The notes beneath the pieces are model-generated. The model was not told where the DNA came from. It did not search any database and worked only from the letters and a program-made list of their open reading frames with translations. Below are positions 43,823-56,820 of a DNA stretch of 64,000 nt, in pieces; the first letter of the stretch is position 1, and each line of letters starts with the position of its first letter. This DNA is from Octopus vulgaris (lineage: Eukaryota), in the NCBI GenBank assembly GCA_951406725.2, contig OX597817.1:91016001-91080000 (forward strand), written 5' to 3'. The translations under genes and the position numbers were made by a program.

Positions 43823-44744
43823 TGAAAAAAAATATATATATATCTGTGTGTGTGCATATGTATGTGTAAATGTGTATGTATGTATGTGCAAATGTGTGTG
43901 TATTTGTAGCATTCTTAGTCATGAATAAAGAGCTATTAGAATTTTTAGTCCTTTGACACACTGTTAGATTAGTTACATCTTTTCTTCAGTGAATTGTAGA
44001 TGTAAGCTCATTTATTTGTGTCTGTGTCTTCCATATGTCATGAATTACATAAACTTAACCCCCCACCTCAGACCATTTATTTGATGCGCCAGTGAAATGT
44101 TAACAACCTCCCACCCCTCACCACCACTGCCACCACCACCACCGCCGCCGCTGATGCTGATGCTGCTGCTGCTGTCACCACCACCACCACCACCACCACC
44201 ACCACCGCCACTGACACCAGCAGTTATAGCATCAGTACTAGTAGTTGCTTTTCTGATTTGTTCATAATAATTAGAAGATTTTTAAGTACAACCCACACAA
44301 TCTTCAAACAACAAGCTAAACTCCAAGTTAACTGTTGACATTTCTTTCTGAAAAGATTAATTTTTTTTTTTTTCAGAAATCATCAAAATGATAAATTAAT
44401 CCAAGATTAAATTAATTTCTTCACAATTTCAATTTTTTTCTTCTTTTTTCTTTAATACTATCATCGCACTTATATCACTTACAAAAGTGATAGTGCTCAG
44501 TGAAACCATGTCAGAGGAATGGCAATGATTGAAGAATATGAGGAGATAATGAGACTTAAGTCCAGTCTGCAACTAAATCAGATGAAAGTGTCAATGGAAT
44601 TCCAGTTTTTGGCTTCACCTGAAGCAATAGCTACACTAATCTGCTTGTTAGTTATATTGAAGCCTACGTCTTTGTCCAGTCCACTGATCCCATTCCACAA
44701 CTGTATAGCAAGAACATCAATGATTGTATCAGTGTCATCACTTC

Positions 44745-45745
44745 ACTCATGTCCAACTTCAATTACATTAACTTTTTACACCAACTTCACTTTCACAATT
44801 TCCTCTTCCTCTGTCAATTTCCTTGACATGTCTATCACCATTGACTATCCAAACCTTTCCTTTTCTATGTCCATTTTCTATAAATTGACCAAACACCCCA
44901 CTGTTACCTAACCTTTGCCTCTTTCCAAGCCAATTGCTCAAAAACTCTTATCTTCCATCGTCTTCTCACAATTCCAATGCTTTTTCTGCCTTCGTAGCTT
45001 GGATCACATCTCTGAAACTCACTTTCACCTGATGGCCCTTCATTTGGGTGTTCGGGTGACCCACACTCGTTTCTAAATGATACCTACACCCATATCCATA
45101 ACGTTGATTGCACATCCACCCTCATGTCTAGCAATCACACCTGCTCTATACCTACACACCTTGACTGTTTACCTTTCCTCCTTACTTTCCTCCCTATACG
45201 TTACCTCAATGGTCTCTCCTGTGCAATGTTGTCTCCTTCACTCATACTCTTCCATGTCTTCCATATTCAAAAAGTTTCCCTTTCCTTCAAATGGGCCCTT
45301 AATCTGCATTATCTTTTAGTCCATAGCACTTCAACTCTGATGTACACCATATCCTCCTTCTCCTGAATCAATTATAACACTTGCCCTTAAATCTACAGTA
45401 CAACTATCTTCTTTGACCACAATAACATCCCTTCCTTAGCACTGACCATTCCACCTTAATACTGACCATTCCATCTATACCACTACAAATGTCATTTACT
45501 GTCTTGAATGCTAGTTCTATAGTCTCCTGTATTGGGAAAACAGGCTGTTTGCAGACTGCATCATCAAACATCTACAATCACTTAAGCTATACAGCATTAC
45601 CTGTTAAATGTTACTTCAAATAATCTATACACATTGTTTTCCACCTCTCAATCTGTGAGTTCCACCATGGCTCCTCTACTTGCTGCTATGAAAACAGGCA
45701 ATGCTTCATTTCCCACCAGTGATGTTCCGCTCACTCTGGTATGAG
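44745..45745 (+). mobile_element. Highly degraded Penelope-like element (RT C-terminus plus GIY-YIG)
   Basis: FTFTISSSSVNFLDMSITI...SIFYK and later TTTNVIYCLEC...IGKTG. Confidence 0.55.
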
Positions 45746-46675
45746 CACATAGCCATCTACTCGTCAGCACAGTACATACCACACACACTCACACACAACA
45801 TACACATACAGCACACTCACCCACACAAACACACACACATACATACACCTCGTTGACCACATATAATAGGTCCTATAAATCTGTACATTGACATAGAACA
45901 TACTATACACACATGCTGAACTACTAACACATAACTACTAACTTTACACACTCATATTGCAATCATACATATACACATGTAAATACACTGAGACATACAC
46001 CATATTACCTTATCTTACCTTACAACCATAAACCCAAATTACCCCCCCCCACATACTCACACACACACACACATTTTACCTATCCTAACACAAGACACAC
46101 ATACACAAATACACTCAGTAAACAACACACACAAACACTAATCCTATACATACATACCTTCACATGCATTTCATCACATATGCACATAAGCATAACTACT
46201 AGCTTCACACCTGCACACACATACAAACACACACACACACACAGAGCCATATAAAAAGATATATTCTTAACACACATAACACAACCATACAGTTATCTGT
46301 TCCATCCTTCCTTTTTTATCCATTACACAATCTCTACATACACACAAGCATAAATCATGCATTATTACACTTTATATGCATTCATCCATTTAGATAGGTT
46401 GTGTGTCTTACAAACACACATTCAGATTATTTGACCTACTAATAGTCAGTTAATTGTATGGTCAATTCGATAGATATATGGATTGATGGATATGCTTATT
46501 GATTGATAGGTTGACAGGGTGATAAATACATAACTAAAGTAAAACAAACATAGTTGGACTGTAAGCTATGCATATTGTCACATAAACTGGTGAAAAGGTA
46601 TACAGAAGATTTTGTTACAGTTTGATAAATGAGAATACACACAGTTGAATGGTTTTATATACATTCATGTATATA

Positions 46676-46737
46676 TGACTGAGGAAAGTAGTATTATGTA
46701 AGAATTATCTTACATAACAACTGGAAACATGCATTCA
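46676..46737 (+). ncRNA. Degenerate hammerhead motif
   Basis: TGA-CTGAGGA...TTATGTAAGA-ATTA-TCTTACATAA (perfect 10-bp stem)...GAAAC-ATGCAT-TCA; cleavage triplet is not canonical. Confidence 0.4.
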
Positions 46738-46924
46738 AAATATCAATATATAAACATTCGGTTTTTGTCTTATTCTGTATTATGTAATTCTTTTCCATAA
46801 CAATCTAGCTTGTCCTTGCTTTGAATATATGGTTAAGAAAACAAGAATATAGGAGTGGAATGTTTTACTAGATCCAGGTAAAAATATTCTGCTAGATTGT
46901 ATTGAATCAAAACATATGCTCAAT

Positions 46925-46962
<38 letters not shown>

Positions 46963-47228
46963 GTTCTTTTATTCTTTCATTCTTTTACTTGTTTTAGTTA
47001 TTTGACTGTGGCAAAGCTGGAGCACCACATTGAAGGGTTTTAGTTGAAGAAGTTGACCCCAGGACTTATTCTTTCGAAGCCTGGTACTTATTCTATCAGT
47101 TTCCTATGCCAAACCACTAAGTTACAGGGAGGTAAACACACCACCATTGGTTGTCAAGCAATTGTTCAGGGACAAATACAGACACAAAGACACACAAACA
47201 CACATATATATATATATACATACATATA

Positions 47229-47321
<93 letters not shown>

Positions 47322-47464
47322 TACGATGGGCTTCTTTCAGTTTTTGTCTACCAAATCCACTCACAAAGCTTTGGTTGGCCTGTGGCTATAGTAGAAGACA
47401 CTTGCTCAAGGTGCTATGCAGTGGGATTGAACTCGGAACCATGTTGTTGGGAATCAAGCTTCTT

Positions 47465-49030
47465 TATTTCATTAAATTTGCCACAAGGGCGGCACACAGA
47501 GAGAAGCTTGCGGGCTGGACACAGACATTAATGAGATGAATGATAATGATACAAGGATGATAAGGATGGGAGAAGACGAAAAGCGTCCGCCGACTTTCGC
47601 TTCTCTAAAACATTGTTCTTTTTTTCTTTCGTTTTTTTTTTAAAGCACAGTGAGGTGATAAACCTCTTACATACTTCCAAAATGAAGAAAAACACACACA
47701 CAAGGCAATATTCCTCTCACTTTTTACATTTTGTAGACTCTTTTTCAGTCCAAACATCCATAACTTCAAGTTTTCTGTCCGACCAGGCTCCTCGCTTCAT
47801 TGAAGCATCTATTCGGTTCCAAGCCAGACCACTTGGCCATATATCTAAAGGAGTCCACTGGGAAGGAGTTCATTATCCTGCACAGATCGGTCTCCCATAA
47901 GACCTCTGCAGCCACCTGTGAAGGCCACTCAGGGTCCTCCGTGCAGGACAGAAGCCCCTCCCACCGGCCCTTCCTTTCAATTTTTCTGATCACATTCTGC
48001 AAAGTTCCTCCCTCATGGAAGAGGACCACAAATTCCTTCTCCAGCAGCACACCTGCCGAAGAAGCATTGGGACATGCTGGCAGCGTGTCACAACCCACCG
48101 GGTCAAAACAGCTTTTGACCCCTCGCAATCAGCTGCAGGAAAAATTTTTATGTTGAGCAGCTTGATACTGCTACCACCCAGACCCCGGCGGATAGAGTTC
48201 TCTATCCACTCAGGCTTAATTCCGGGTGGTAAGCCGCAGACCCAAGCCCTCGTCAGCTTCTTCCAACAATAACTGGGAAGGAACATAATTTCCTTGCCCT
48301 CTAGGGGCCGGTTTGAAAATTCACAAGCTTCTTGAGGGGAGTTAAATAGCAACCAGACCGTTGCATATTTGACTCCCCGTGAAATAAATTTAATGGCTGG
48401 CATGTATTCTGCCAGCTCTTTCAGAATTGTGGCTTTCAGGAAGACAGTTATGGTATCAAGCGACTTTGAATAAGTCCTCAACACCTCCGTCTTCCTTTCG
48501 AGCTCTTTTAGCCATGTCTTGGGAGGTGTCAATTCCCACACTAATAATTCCTTTGCCATTTTTAAAAAAAAGTTCAAAGACAGTTCACAATAGAGTTTCA
48601 AATGAAGAAGGATACACAAAAAAAGAAAGACACAACAGAAGGGAAGAAAAAATAAAAATAACAGTTCAATAAAGTTTTTTTTTGTTTGTTTTAAACTAAA
48701 TGATAGATAAGAAGCAGAGTTCAAATGATGGCAAAGAAAATAATTTTCAGCCGAAAGGTACTCCACAGACATTTTCAAAAACAATTTCTCACAATTATGT
48801 GAGAAAACACACACGTCTCTACCGTGGCAGACAAAAAGCTCCGAATCCAATAAGGACTCCTTGCTTGTACAAAAAATTAAACCTACAAGCAACAAATCCT
48901 ACAGGACTCAAAGAGCAAAAAATCTTACCTTATGGTAGAGCATCTTTCAATTCAACTTTCGTCCGCTGACGACTTTCGACCAGCGTGACGACTTCAAGGG
49001 CACAGAGAAGACAACTGAACAACCGGAACT
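47465..49030 (-). mobile_element. RT-less non-LTR-type insertion with 15-bp TSD (putative ORF1-only element)
   Basis: GGAATCAAGCTTCTT at 47450-47464 and 49031-49045; no TIRs or LTRs; internal ORF without RT motifs. Confidence 0.8.
47990..48559 (-). CDS. Putative LINE ORF1-like (RRM-like) protein of the insertion; probably continues after a frameshift to 47766
   Basis: AAAATGG start; MAKELLVWE...YATVWLLFNSPQEACEF...RAWVCGLPPGIKPEWI resembles ORF1 RRM-like patterns (inference); overlapping protein-like frame 47766-48128. Confidence 0.5.
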   Translation of the reverse strand: MAKELLVWELTPPKTWLKELERKTEVLRTYSKSLDTITVFLKATILKELAEYMPAIKFISRGVKYATVWLLFNSPQEACEFSNRPLEGKEIMFLPSYCWKKLTRAWVCGLPPGIKPEWIENSIRRGLGGSSIKLLNIKIFPAADCEGSKAVLTRWVVTRCQHVPMLLRQVCCWRRNLWSSSMREELCRM

Positions 49031-49093
49031 GGAATCAAGCTTCTTACCACACAGCCATACCTGCACTTATATATAATATATATATATATACAT

Positions 49094-49147
<54 letters not shown>

Positions 49148-49150
<3 letters not shown>

Positions 49151-50276
49151 TTCATTGCTAAACCTCGCTAAGATAAGTATTTATTTATATTTAAGATCTT
49201 CAAATTGTAAATGTTAATATTGTATAAGTCTTTGGTGTAATAATATTTTCCTTATGTAAATATCGTTGTTTATGTAATGATCTAATTATCGTAATTTTCT
49301 ATATTATTAGATATTAAATTTAAGTTTATTCATAAGATACTACTTAGCAATAGATTTGTTATTTGATAGCAAGCATACGAGGTGTATTAAGTTAGGCTTT
49401 TGTATATACATGTTTTAATAGTATTAATTGTAGTTTTAAATTTATAATTAAATTAGATAAACTTTGATAAACTTAAATATGTTTCGACTAAAGATTGGTC
49501 CAGGCCATGTCTAATTTAATAGCATAACTTAGTTATTTCTTTAAATTGATATTCGCTTGTTATTCCCATTGATAATTATATTTATAGTATTTATTCGATA
49601 CTATATTACTACGAATTGATTATTTCTATAAGTATTTTACATAAGATTTCCGAAAGTTCGTTTAAGTTTGTTTATTTGTATTTTGAAATTAGCTATTTCA
49701 TCTTTAAATATGAAAAATTAATTTATTAGGTTTTTATTATATGTGCATATATATTTATTTATAGAGATTATTTTAGATCTTAATATTTATATACATTTAT
49801 ATATTTTCATTGATAATTTATATATATTAGTCATTTTTAAATATTTATGTAATTAGATATAGACTAATACCGATATTAGATTATTGGTGGGTTTCCTACC
49901 TTATAAATTAAAATTAATATTTAACATTATAGTCGATTTTGATATAATTATAATTGTTAAGTTTTATGTTTCTAGTTTGATAATAGAGTTTATTATAAGT
50001 AAAATTATTATATTATTTATATCTTAAAAATATTGTTTAAATATTTCTGATTATATTTTAGATATTTCAATTAACCTGAAGATTGACTGTAACCATAACT
50101 TGAATTATTACGAATTGTACAGCCATGAAACGATCGTAGTGTTTTACTCTTTATCTTTTATTACACTTTTAATACTTTTGATATATATTTAAAATAATAT
50201 AAATCAATTAATTTTATGTATTGGCTTATGTTTTTCATTGTTTGATTTGCCTAATAGTGGTTTTATCTCTAATTTA

Positions 50277-50282
<6 letters not shown>
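49148..50282. mobile_element. Very AT-rich (TA)n-flanked insert, probably Penelope-derived
   Basis: Sharply bounded by TA runs; contains a hammerhead motif at 50073-50140. Confidence 0.45.
50073..50140 (+). ncRNA. Minimal type-I hammerhead motif with weak stem I
   Basis: CTGAAGA, stem II TGACTGTA/TACAGCCA, GAAAC-GATC-GTA; palindrome ACGATCGT. Confidence 0.55.
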
Positions 50283-50323
<41 letters not shown>

Positions 50324-50375
50324 CTATTTAAATGGAGATGTTCTGTCAGAAGAGATTTTACTGTAGTATTTACCA

Positions 50376-50797
50376 TGAGAGAAACTGATATAGGCTTTCA
50401 GTGCAAAATGCATGCTTCTTTGCTTATATTACCAATTGGGAGATAACCCCCAGACAACTCCTGCAGTGAGACCACCAGATCACATGGTTTCATCTTCTTT
50501 GATCTGATTGGCCATGGATACTTGACTGATAGAGATAGCAACAACTCAACTCTCCACTAGCAATATATAGAAACTCAATACCAGAACAGGCACTGGTGTT
50601 TTACTTTGCCAGTGGAGAGATGAGTCACTGCTGTCTCAAGCAGTCTGGTGTCAGTCACCAATGAGACCAAACAAGATTGAAATCACATGATCTGGTGATC
50701 TTGGTGCAGGAGTTGATGGGGAGTTATCTTTCTGCTGCTAATATAAGCAAACAAACATGCATATTGCACCAAAAGCCTATATAAAAGTTTTTCTCAT
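50376..50797. repeat. Long imperfect palindrome (foldback MITE-like)
   Basis: 50376-50565 is the imperfect reverse complement of 50605-50797. Confidence 0.8.
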
Positions 50798-50875
50798 TCT
50801 CTTAGTATAGTCTGTTCTAAAAGTATAGCCTGTCATTAATATAGTTATATATACATACATACACACACACACACG

Positions 50876-50920
<45 letters not shown>

Positions 50921-50922
<2 letters not shown>

Positions 50923-52737
50923 TTAATGAGAGCTGTGCAAGCCATGTACAGGGACACTGTAAGTAAAGTAAGGATTGGCAACGAGTACACTGAAGAATTC
51001 AGGGTAGAGGTAGGGGTTCATCAAGGTTCAGTCCTCAGTCCCCTCCTATTTATCATAGTCCTCCAGGCAATAACGGAGGAATTCGAGACAGGATGCCCCT
51101 GGGAGCTCCTCTATACTGATGATCTTGCTCTAATTGCTGAGTCATTATCAGAACTAGAGGAGAAGTTTCAAGTGTGGAAAGAAGGATTAGAATCGAAGGG
51201 CCTTAGAGTCAACCTAGCTAAAACCAAAGTCCTAATAAGTAGGAAGGCAGGCATACCACAAATCCCTTCAGGTAGATTGCTCTGCTCGATCTGTAGTAGA
51301 GGCGTAAGTAGAAACTCTCTAAGATGTACCCAGTGTAAGCTATGGACACATAAGAGGTGCAGTAACGTCAAGGGAAGGCTAACTAGGAAGATAGTTTTTT
51401 ATGTGGCAGATGCTCGGGAGCAATAAGCATGGAAAATGTGCAGAGAACAACTTCCGCCACATTCCAGGGAGAAAAACTAGAAGTAGTTGATAGTTTCCGT
51501 TACCTAAGTGACCAAGTCAGTAGTGGGTGAGGGTGTGCTGGAAGTGTAGCTGCTAGAATAAGAATAGCTTGGGCAGTGTTCAGAGAGCTCTTACCTCTGC
51601 TGGTGACAAAGGGCCTCTCGCTCAGAGTAAAAGGTAGACTGTATGATGCATGTGTACGAACAGCCATGCTACATGGCAGTGCAACATGGGTTGTGACTGT
51701 GGAGGACAAGCGTAAGCTCGAAAGGAATGAAGCCAGTGTGATCCGATGGAAGTGTAATGTCAGTGTGCATACTCGACAGAGTGTAAGTACCTTGAGAGAA
51801 ATGTTGGACCTAAGAAGCATCAGATGTGGTGTGCAAGAGAGACGACTGCGCTGATATGGTCATGTGGTGAGAATGGATGAGGACAGCTGTGTGAAAAAGT
51901 ACCACACCCTGGCAGTTGAGGGAACCTGTGGAAGAGGTAGACCCAGGAAGACCTGGGATGAAGTGGTGAAGCACGACCATCGAACTTTGGGCCTCACCAA
52001 GGAAATGACTAGTGACCGAGACTTTTGAAAATATGCCATGCGTGAGAAGACCTGGCAAGCCAAATGAGACCATAATCTCATGGCCTATGCCAGGAGAATT
52101 ACTAGCCCACTTATGCATACCTTTTACTTCTTTGGATACTAAAACTCTGCTTGCGAAGACCTAATGAGGCAAGTGAAATCAAAAATCAAAAATCAAAATC
52201 AAATTCGATGACTGGTGTCCGTGCTAGCGGGTGCAAAGTGCACCATACAAGTGTAATCATTGACAGAGCGGCTAACTGGCTTCCATGACAGTGGCACATA
52301 AAAGGCACCATTCAAGCGTGATCATTACCAGCGTCGCATTCCTGGCACTCGAGCCCCATGCTAGTAAGATATTAAGAGCACCATCCGAGCATGATCGTTG
52401 CCAGAGCAGCTATCTGGCCTCCGTGCTGGTAGCACATAAAAAAAACACCATTCGAGCATGATCGTTACCAGCATCACCTTACTGGCACCCATGCTGGTGG
52501 CATGTGTAAAAGATTCGAGCGAGGTCCTTGCCAGTGCCGCCTGACTGGCCCCATGCCGGTGGCACGTAAAGGGCACCCACTACACTCTTGGAGTGGTTGG
52601 CATTAGGAAGGGCATCCAGCTGTAGACACTCTGCCAGATCAAGATTGAAGCCTGGTGCAGCCATCTGGTTCATCAGCCCTCAGTCATATGTCCAACCCAT
52701 GCTGGCATGGAAAGCGGACATTAAATGATGATGATGA
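50921..52737 (+). mobile_element. RTE LINE, 5'-truncated, with complete 3' UTR
   Basis: ORF 50926-51426 (HQGSVLSPLLF, LYTDD) plus downstream pieces; UTR tandem units; tail GGACATTAAATGATGATGATG. Confidence 0.93.
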
Positions 52738-52744
52738 TATGTAT

Positions 52745-53265
52745 ATATGGGCAACTGTGCAGATAAACAAATTAGACACATCAGATATATAAAATATATT
52801 AAATATATTAAATGTGTATGAATATATAGATATTTATATTAATACACAGACTACAAATGACAGAAAAACTTAAAGGAGTGGAAGAGAGGTGTTATAAGCC
52901 CAACAGCTGTTTCTGGGGTCTCAGCAATCTATAATAATGTTGGTAGTTTAGTTCATCATATGCAGCCATATGGATGCAGTTAACATTGAATGAGATGACC
53001 CTCCATCAACAGGGTAGAGATCTTACATTTCAGATCTTATAGCAAAGAATTTAATTTTCTGTCATTTTACTCTGTGTAAGTTGCATCTATCAATATAAAT
53101 ATCTACATATTTATACATAGAAATTCCTCACCTGAAAGTTTCTGCATTTTGCTTTCTCTCATTTTGTATATATATGTATGAACATATTTTGTATTTGATC
53201 TGTTTAATATATTTAATATATTTGATGTATATAATTTGTTTATACATACAACTGCCTCTATATGC
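52745..53265. mobile_element. Penelope-like terminal fragment with inverted partial copies and a hammerhead relic
   Basis: 52747-52870 is inverted-similar to 53045-53120 and 53200-53260; hammerhead motif at 52899-53015. Confidence 0.55.
52899..53015 (-). ncRNA. Degenerate type-I hammerhead (core A-to-U change)
   Basis: Minus strand CC-CTGTTGA-TGGAGGGTC...GACCCCA-GAAAC-AGCT-GTT-GG; palindrome AACAGCTGTT. Confidence 0.5.
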
Positions 53266-53425
53266 ACTCAACTTGATCCTTCTTATAGCCTTCCTCTACT
53301 TTGTAGAATGATCCCCTGTAAATACATTAGAGTCTAAGTTTGAATCTTTTGAGCACTACTAAGTATCTTCTATATGGAGAATCACTGGATCTCATCTGCG
53401 AACCATATATATACATATATATCTA

Positions 53426-53500
<75 letters not shown>

Positions 53501-53502
53501 AT

Positions 53503-53540
53503 ATGGCCACAGCTCATGAGCTGAAACTAGAATCAATCAA
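53503..53540 (+). mobile_element. Extreme 3' remnant of the LINE family at 37257
   Basis: ATGGCCACAGCTCATGAGCTGAAACTAGA matches 37858-37886 with one mismatch. Confidence 0.7.
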
Positions 53541-53597
53541 TATATATATATATTTGTTGTGCAAGATTTTTTTATGTGAAGTTGAGTGTTGAAACAG

Positions 53598-53770
53598 ATA
53601 TTGTTATATTTCGGAATGGTCATTTTGCCAGTTTAGCCAATAGGAAACTGGAATGGAACACTACCACACACCACAACATATGACGGTAGAGGATCCCCAT
53701 AAACAGGTTACAATATAAACAAAACTGAAAACATAATAAAATACACAGATAAATAAACAAATAGAAATAA

Positions 53771-53827
<57 letters not shown>

Positions 53828-54167
53828 TAGTATTGTTGTTATACATACATGCAAGCATACGTAATGATAATAATAATAATAAGTGGATGTAAACACATGA
53901 ACAAAATAAGAATAAGATATAAGCATGCACAAATGAAGACATACAATAGAAATACAAAATGGCTGACTGTTAGTAAGGAGAGACACAAATAAAAAAGAAG
54001 AAAACAAAGGACCACTGATGCGGTCACAGGAGTGTGACGAAAGAACTCTGGCCGAAATAAGATTAAGATTAATGTAAAAAATAAATAACACTGAAGCAAA
54101 ATAACACCAAATATATAGTGCATGTGTTTTTATTGGCTAAACTGGCAAAATGACTATTCCGAAATAT

Positions 54168-54175
<8 letters not shown>
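53598..54175. repeat. 45-bp inverted repeat pair bounding a (TA)n-flanked insert
   Basis: ATATTGTTATATTTCGGAATGGTCATTTTGCCAGTTTAGCCAATA (53598-53642) is inverted at 54131-54175 with one mismatch. Confidence 0.75.
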
Positions 54176-54202
<27 letters not shown>

Positions 54203-54425
54203 TAATCCAAACAAGAAAGCACAAAAAACACAACAACGCGAGGACGTGGAACAAATATAGTATTATTGGACGCTCAGGAAAGAAGGAAAGAAGGAGGGTT
54301 TAACGTTTCAAGCAGAGCTCTTCGGCGGAAACATAGGAGAAGGAAAGATCCAGAGAAGGGAAGATAGAGGAAAAAAAATCGCCAACGGTACACACGCGGT
54401 CACATTTTGAAAGGATACAAATATT

Positions 54426-54471
<46 letters not shown>

Positions 54472-54726
54472 TATATACACATATATATACATATATATAC
54501 ACATATATATACATATATATACACATATATATATATATATCATATCAGCTGGTAGATATTGGGTATTTCACATATTATGCACATTATTGCATTAACATGA
54601 TCCAATAATAGTTCTATACCTGACTGAGTTTGAGTACACTGCACAATATATTATATAATATTACATTACATTATATATATATATATGAACATATATATAT
54701 ATATATGTATATGTATGTATGTATAT

Positions 54727-54789
<63 letters not shown>

Positions 54790-55254
54790 TATACATATAT
54801 AGGTATGCATGTTTGTATTTATATATAATTGAGTAGTATAAAATGTGGATTCAGAGAATCATGTGGATATCACAGAAGGCTCCGCTTATGAACTCGGCTA
54901 ACACTTCACAGAGTAAACCAATGCTGAGAAATGTAATATTCCTAAATCATTGATGTAACCATGATGTTGTGGTGATCTGATGAGCAAGCTTTTTTTATGT
55001 GTATTTATTTGCGATTATAAAATTGCATAATTCTGAGCAGAGCATGTATATCAATGCAAACTTATAAGCAATATTCTTTCCACATTGAAATTAATACAAC
55101 ATGGAGAAAATTGTGAAATGGCCATAATCCTAATGATGTCATGCACTTAAATAAATATGCGTTTGTCTCTCAAACTGACTTTTATGTTTAATATATTATT
55201 CATGAAATATTTTTATTGATCAGATCTGGATTTCAGCTGCCTGGACACTTTATA

Positions 55255-55472
55255 CCTTTTATCGTTTACTTGCTTCAGTCATTAGCCTGTGACCATGCTG
55301 GGGCACTGCATTAAAGAATTTCTTTTAGTTAAATGAATTAACCCCAGTACTTATTTTTTTAAAAACTTGTTACTTATTTTGTCAGTCTCTTTTTGTCAAA
55401 GTGGTAAGTTACAAAGCTGTACACACATCAACACCATTTGTCAAATGGTAGTGAGGGAAAACATAGACATAA

Positions 55473-55507
<35 letters not shown>

Positions 55508-55668
55508 ATGTGCTTTTTTCAGTTTCTCTCTACCAAATCCACTCTCAAGGTTTTGATCAGCTTGAGGTTATTGTAGAAGACACTTGCCTAAGGCGCCATG
55601 AAGTGGGACTGAACCTGGAACCATGTAGTTGGGAAACAAACTTCTTACCTCATAAGCACACTTGCGTG
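55255..55668 (-). mobile_element. Family-A SINE, degraded
   Basis: Homologous to the copy at 21656. Confidence 0.75.
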
Positions 55669-56284
55669 CAATGAAATGACCAGCTAAGTTATCTTGCTCT
55701 AATTCTTCATCATTTATCTCCTATTTACATTTCTACCCTGTTGATACTAACCTATCTTTAATTTAACTTAATTTAATTTAATCTAATTAACATAATTGTA
55801 TTATGTTGTGTCTGGGGAGAGTCATTCTCTTTTAGTGCTTTATTATTTAACACACGCACTGGTAAAATTTCCACTTATTTCTCATCTTTATTTTCTAAAA
55901 TTTTTGTTGCGTCTTGCAACCTTTTCAATAGTCTTGACTCTGTCCATTATTTACACTGTGTTCCCTTTTGTTTGTTTGTGCTCACGTGTGTGGGTCAGTG
56001 GGTCAGTACGTGTGTGTGCCTATACATGCATGCATGTACGCATGTATGTGTGTGTGTGTTTGCATGTGTATGTATGTATATATATGTGTGTATGCATATG
56101 TATGTATCTATGTGTGTGCATCTGTATGTATGTATCCTGCATATTTATGTGCTTGCCTGTCCGTGTTTGTGTATTTCTATGTGTGTGTATGTGAGCATGT
56201 GTTTGTATATGTATGCACCTCTCTCTCTTTGTGTGTGCATGTCTGTGTGTGTGTGTGTTATGTAACTATGTACCATGTTTGTAT

Positions 56285-56820
56285 GTATGGATGTCTATCA
56301 AACTCTAACTGTGGAGGGAACATGTGGAAGAGGTAGATCCAGGAAAATGTGGGAGGAGGTGGTGAAATATGATCTTTGGATGTTGAGTCTCACAGAGGAG
56401 ATGACAAAGAACTGAGACTTTTGGTGATTTGTTGAGCTTGAGAAGACACATCAAGCTTAGTGAAATCATAGTCATGACCAGTACCAGTAATATGTGAAAG
56501 GCACCCATGTTAATGACAAGCAAACTACAACTGTGCCAGTGACACACAAAAGACACCAGTGCTAGTGACATGTAAAAGGCATCCAAGCCAGTAACATGTA
56601 CAAGGCATCTGTGTCAGTGACATATAAAAGGCACCTGTGTTCGTAACACATAAAAAACACCCAGTACACTCTGTGGAGTAGTTGATGTTAGGAAGGGCAT
56701 CAAATCATAGAAACCAAACCAAAACAGACTGGAGTCTGATACAGCTCTCTGGCTTACCAGTTTCAGACAAACCATCTTACACATACCAGCATGGAAAATA
56801 GATACAAAATGATGATGATT
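56285..56820 (+). mobile_element. RTE 3' end fragment
   Basis: TVEGTCGRGRSRKMWEEVVK followed by the UTR and tail. Confidence 0.75.

Larger units (their letters stand above)
46964..49066 (-). mobile_element. Family-A SINE split by a 1566-bp insertion
   Basis: SINE body 46964-47464 resumes at 49031-49066. Confidence 0.85.

Noticed and set aside
49148-50282. Extremely AT-rich block suspected to be a mitochondrial insertion
   Set aside because: No mitochondrial gene, tRNA or rRNA motif recognised; TA flanks and a hammerhead motif favour a Penelope-type origin.
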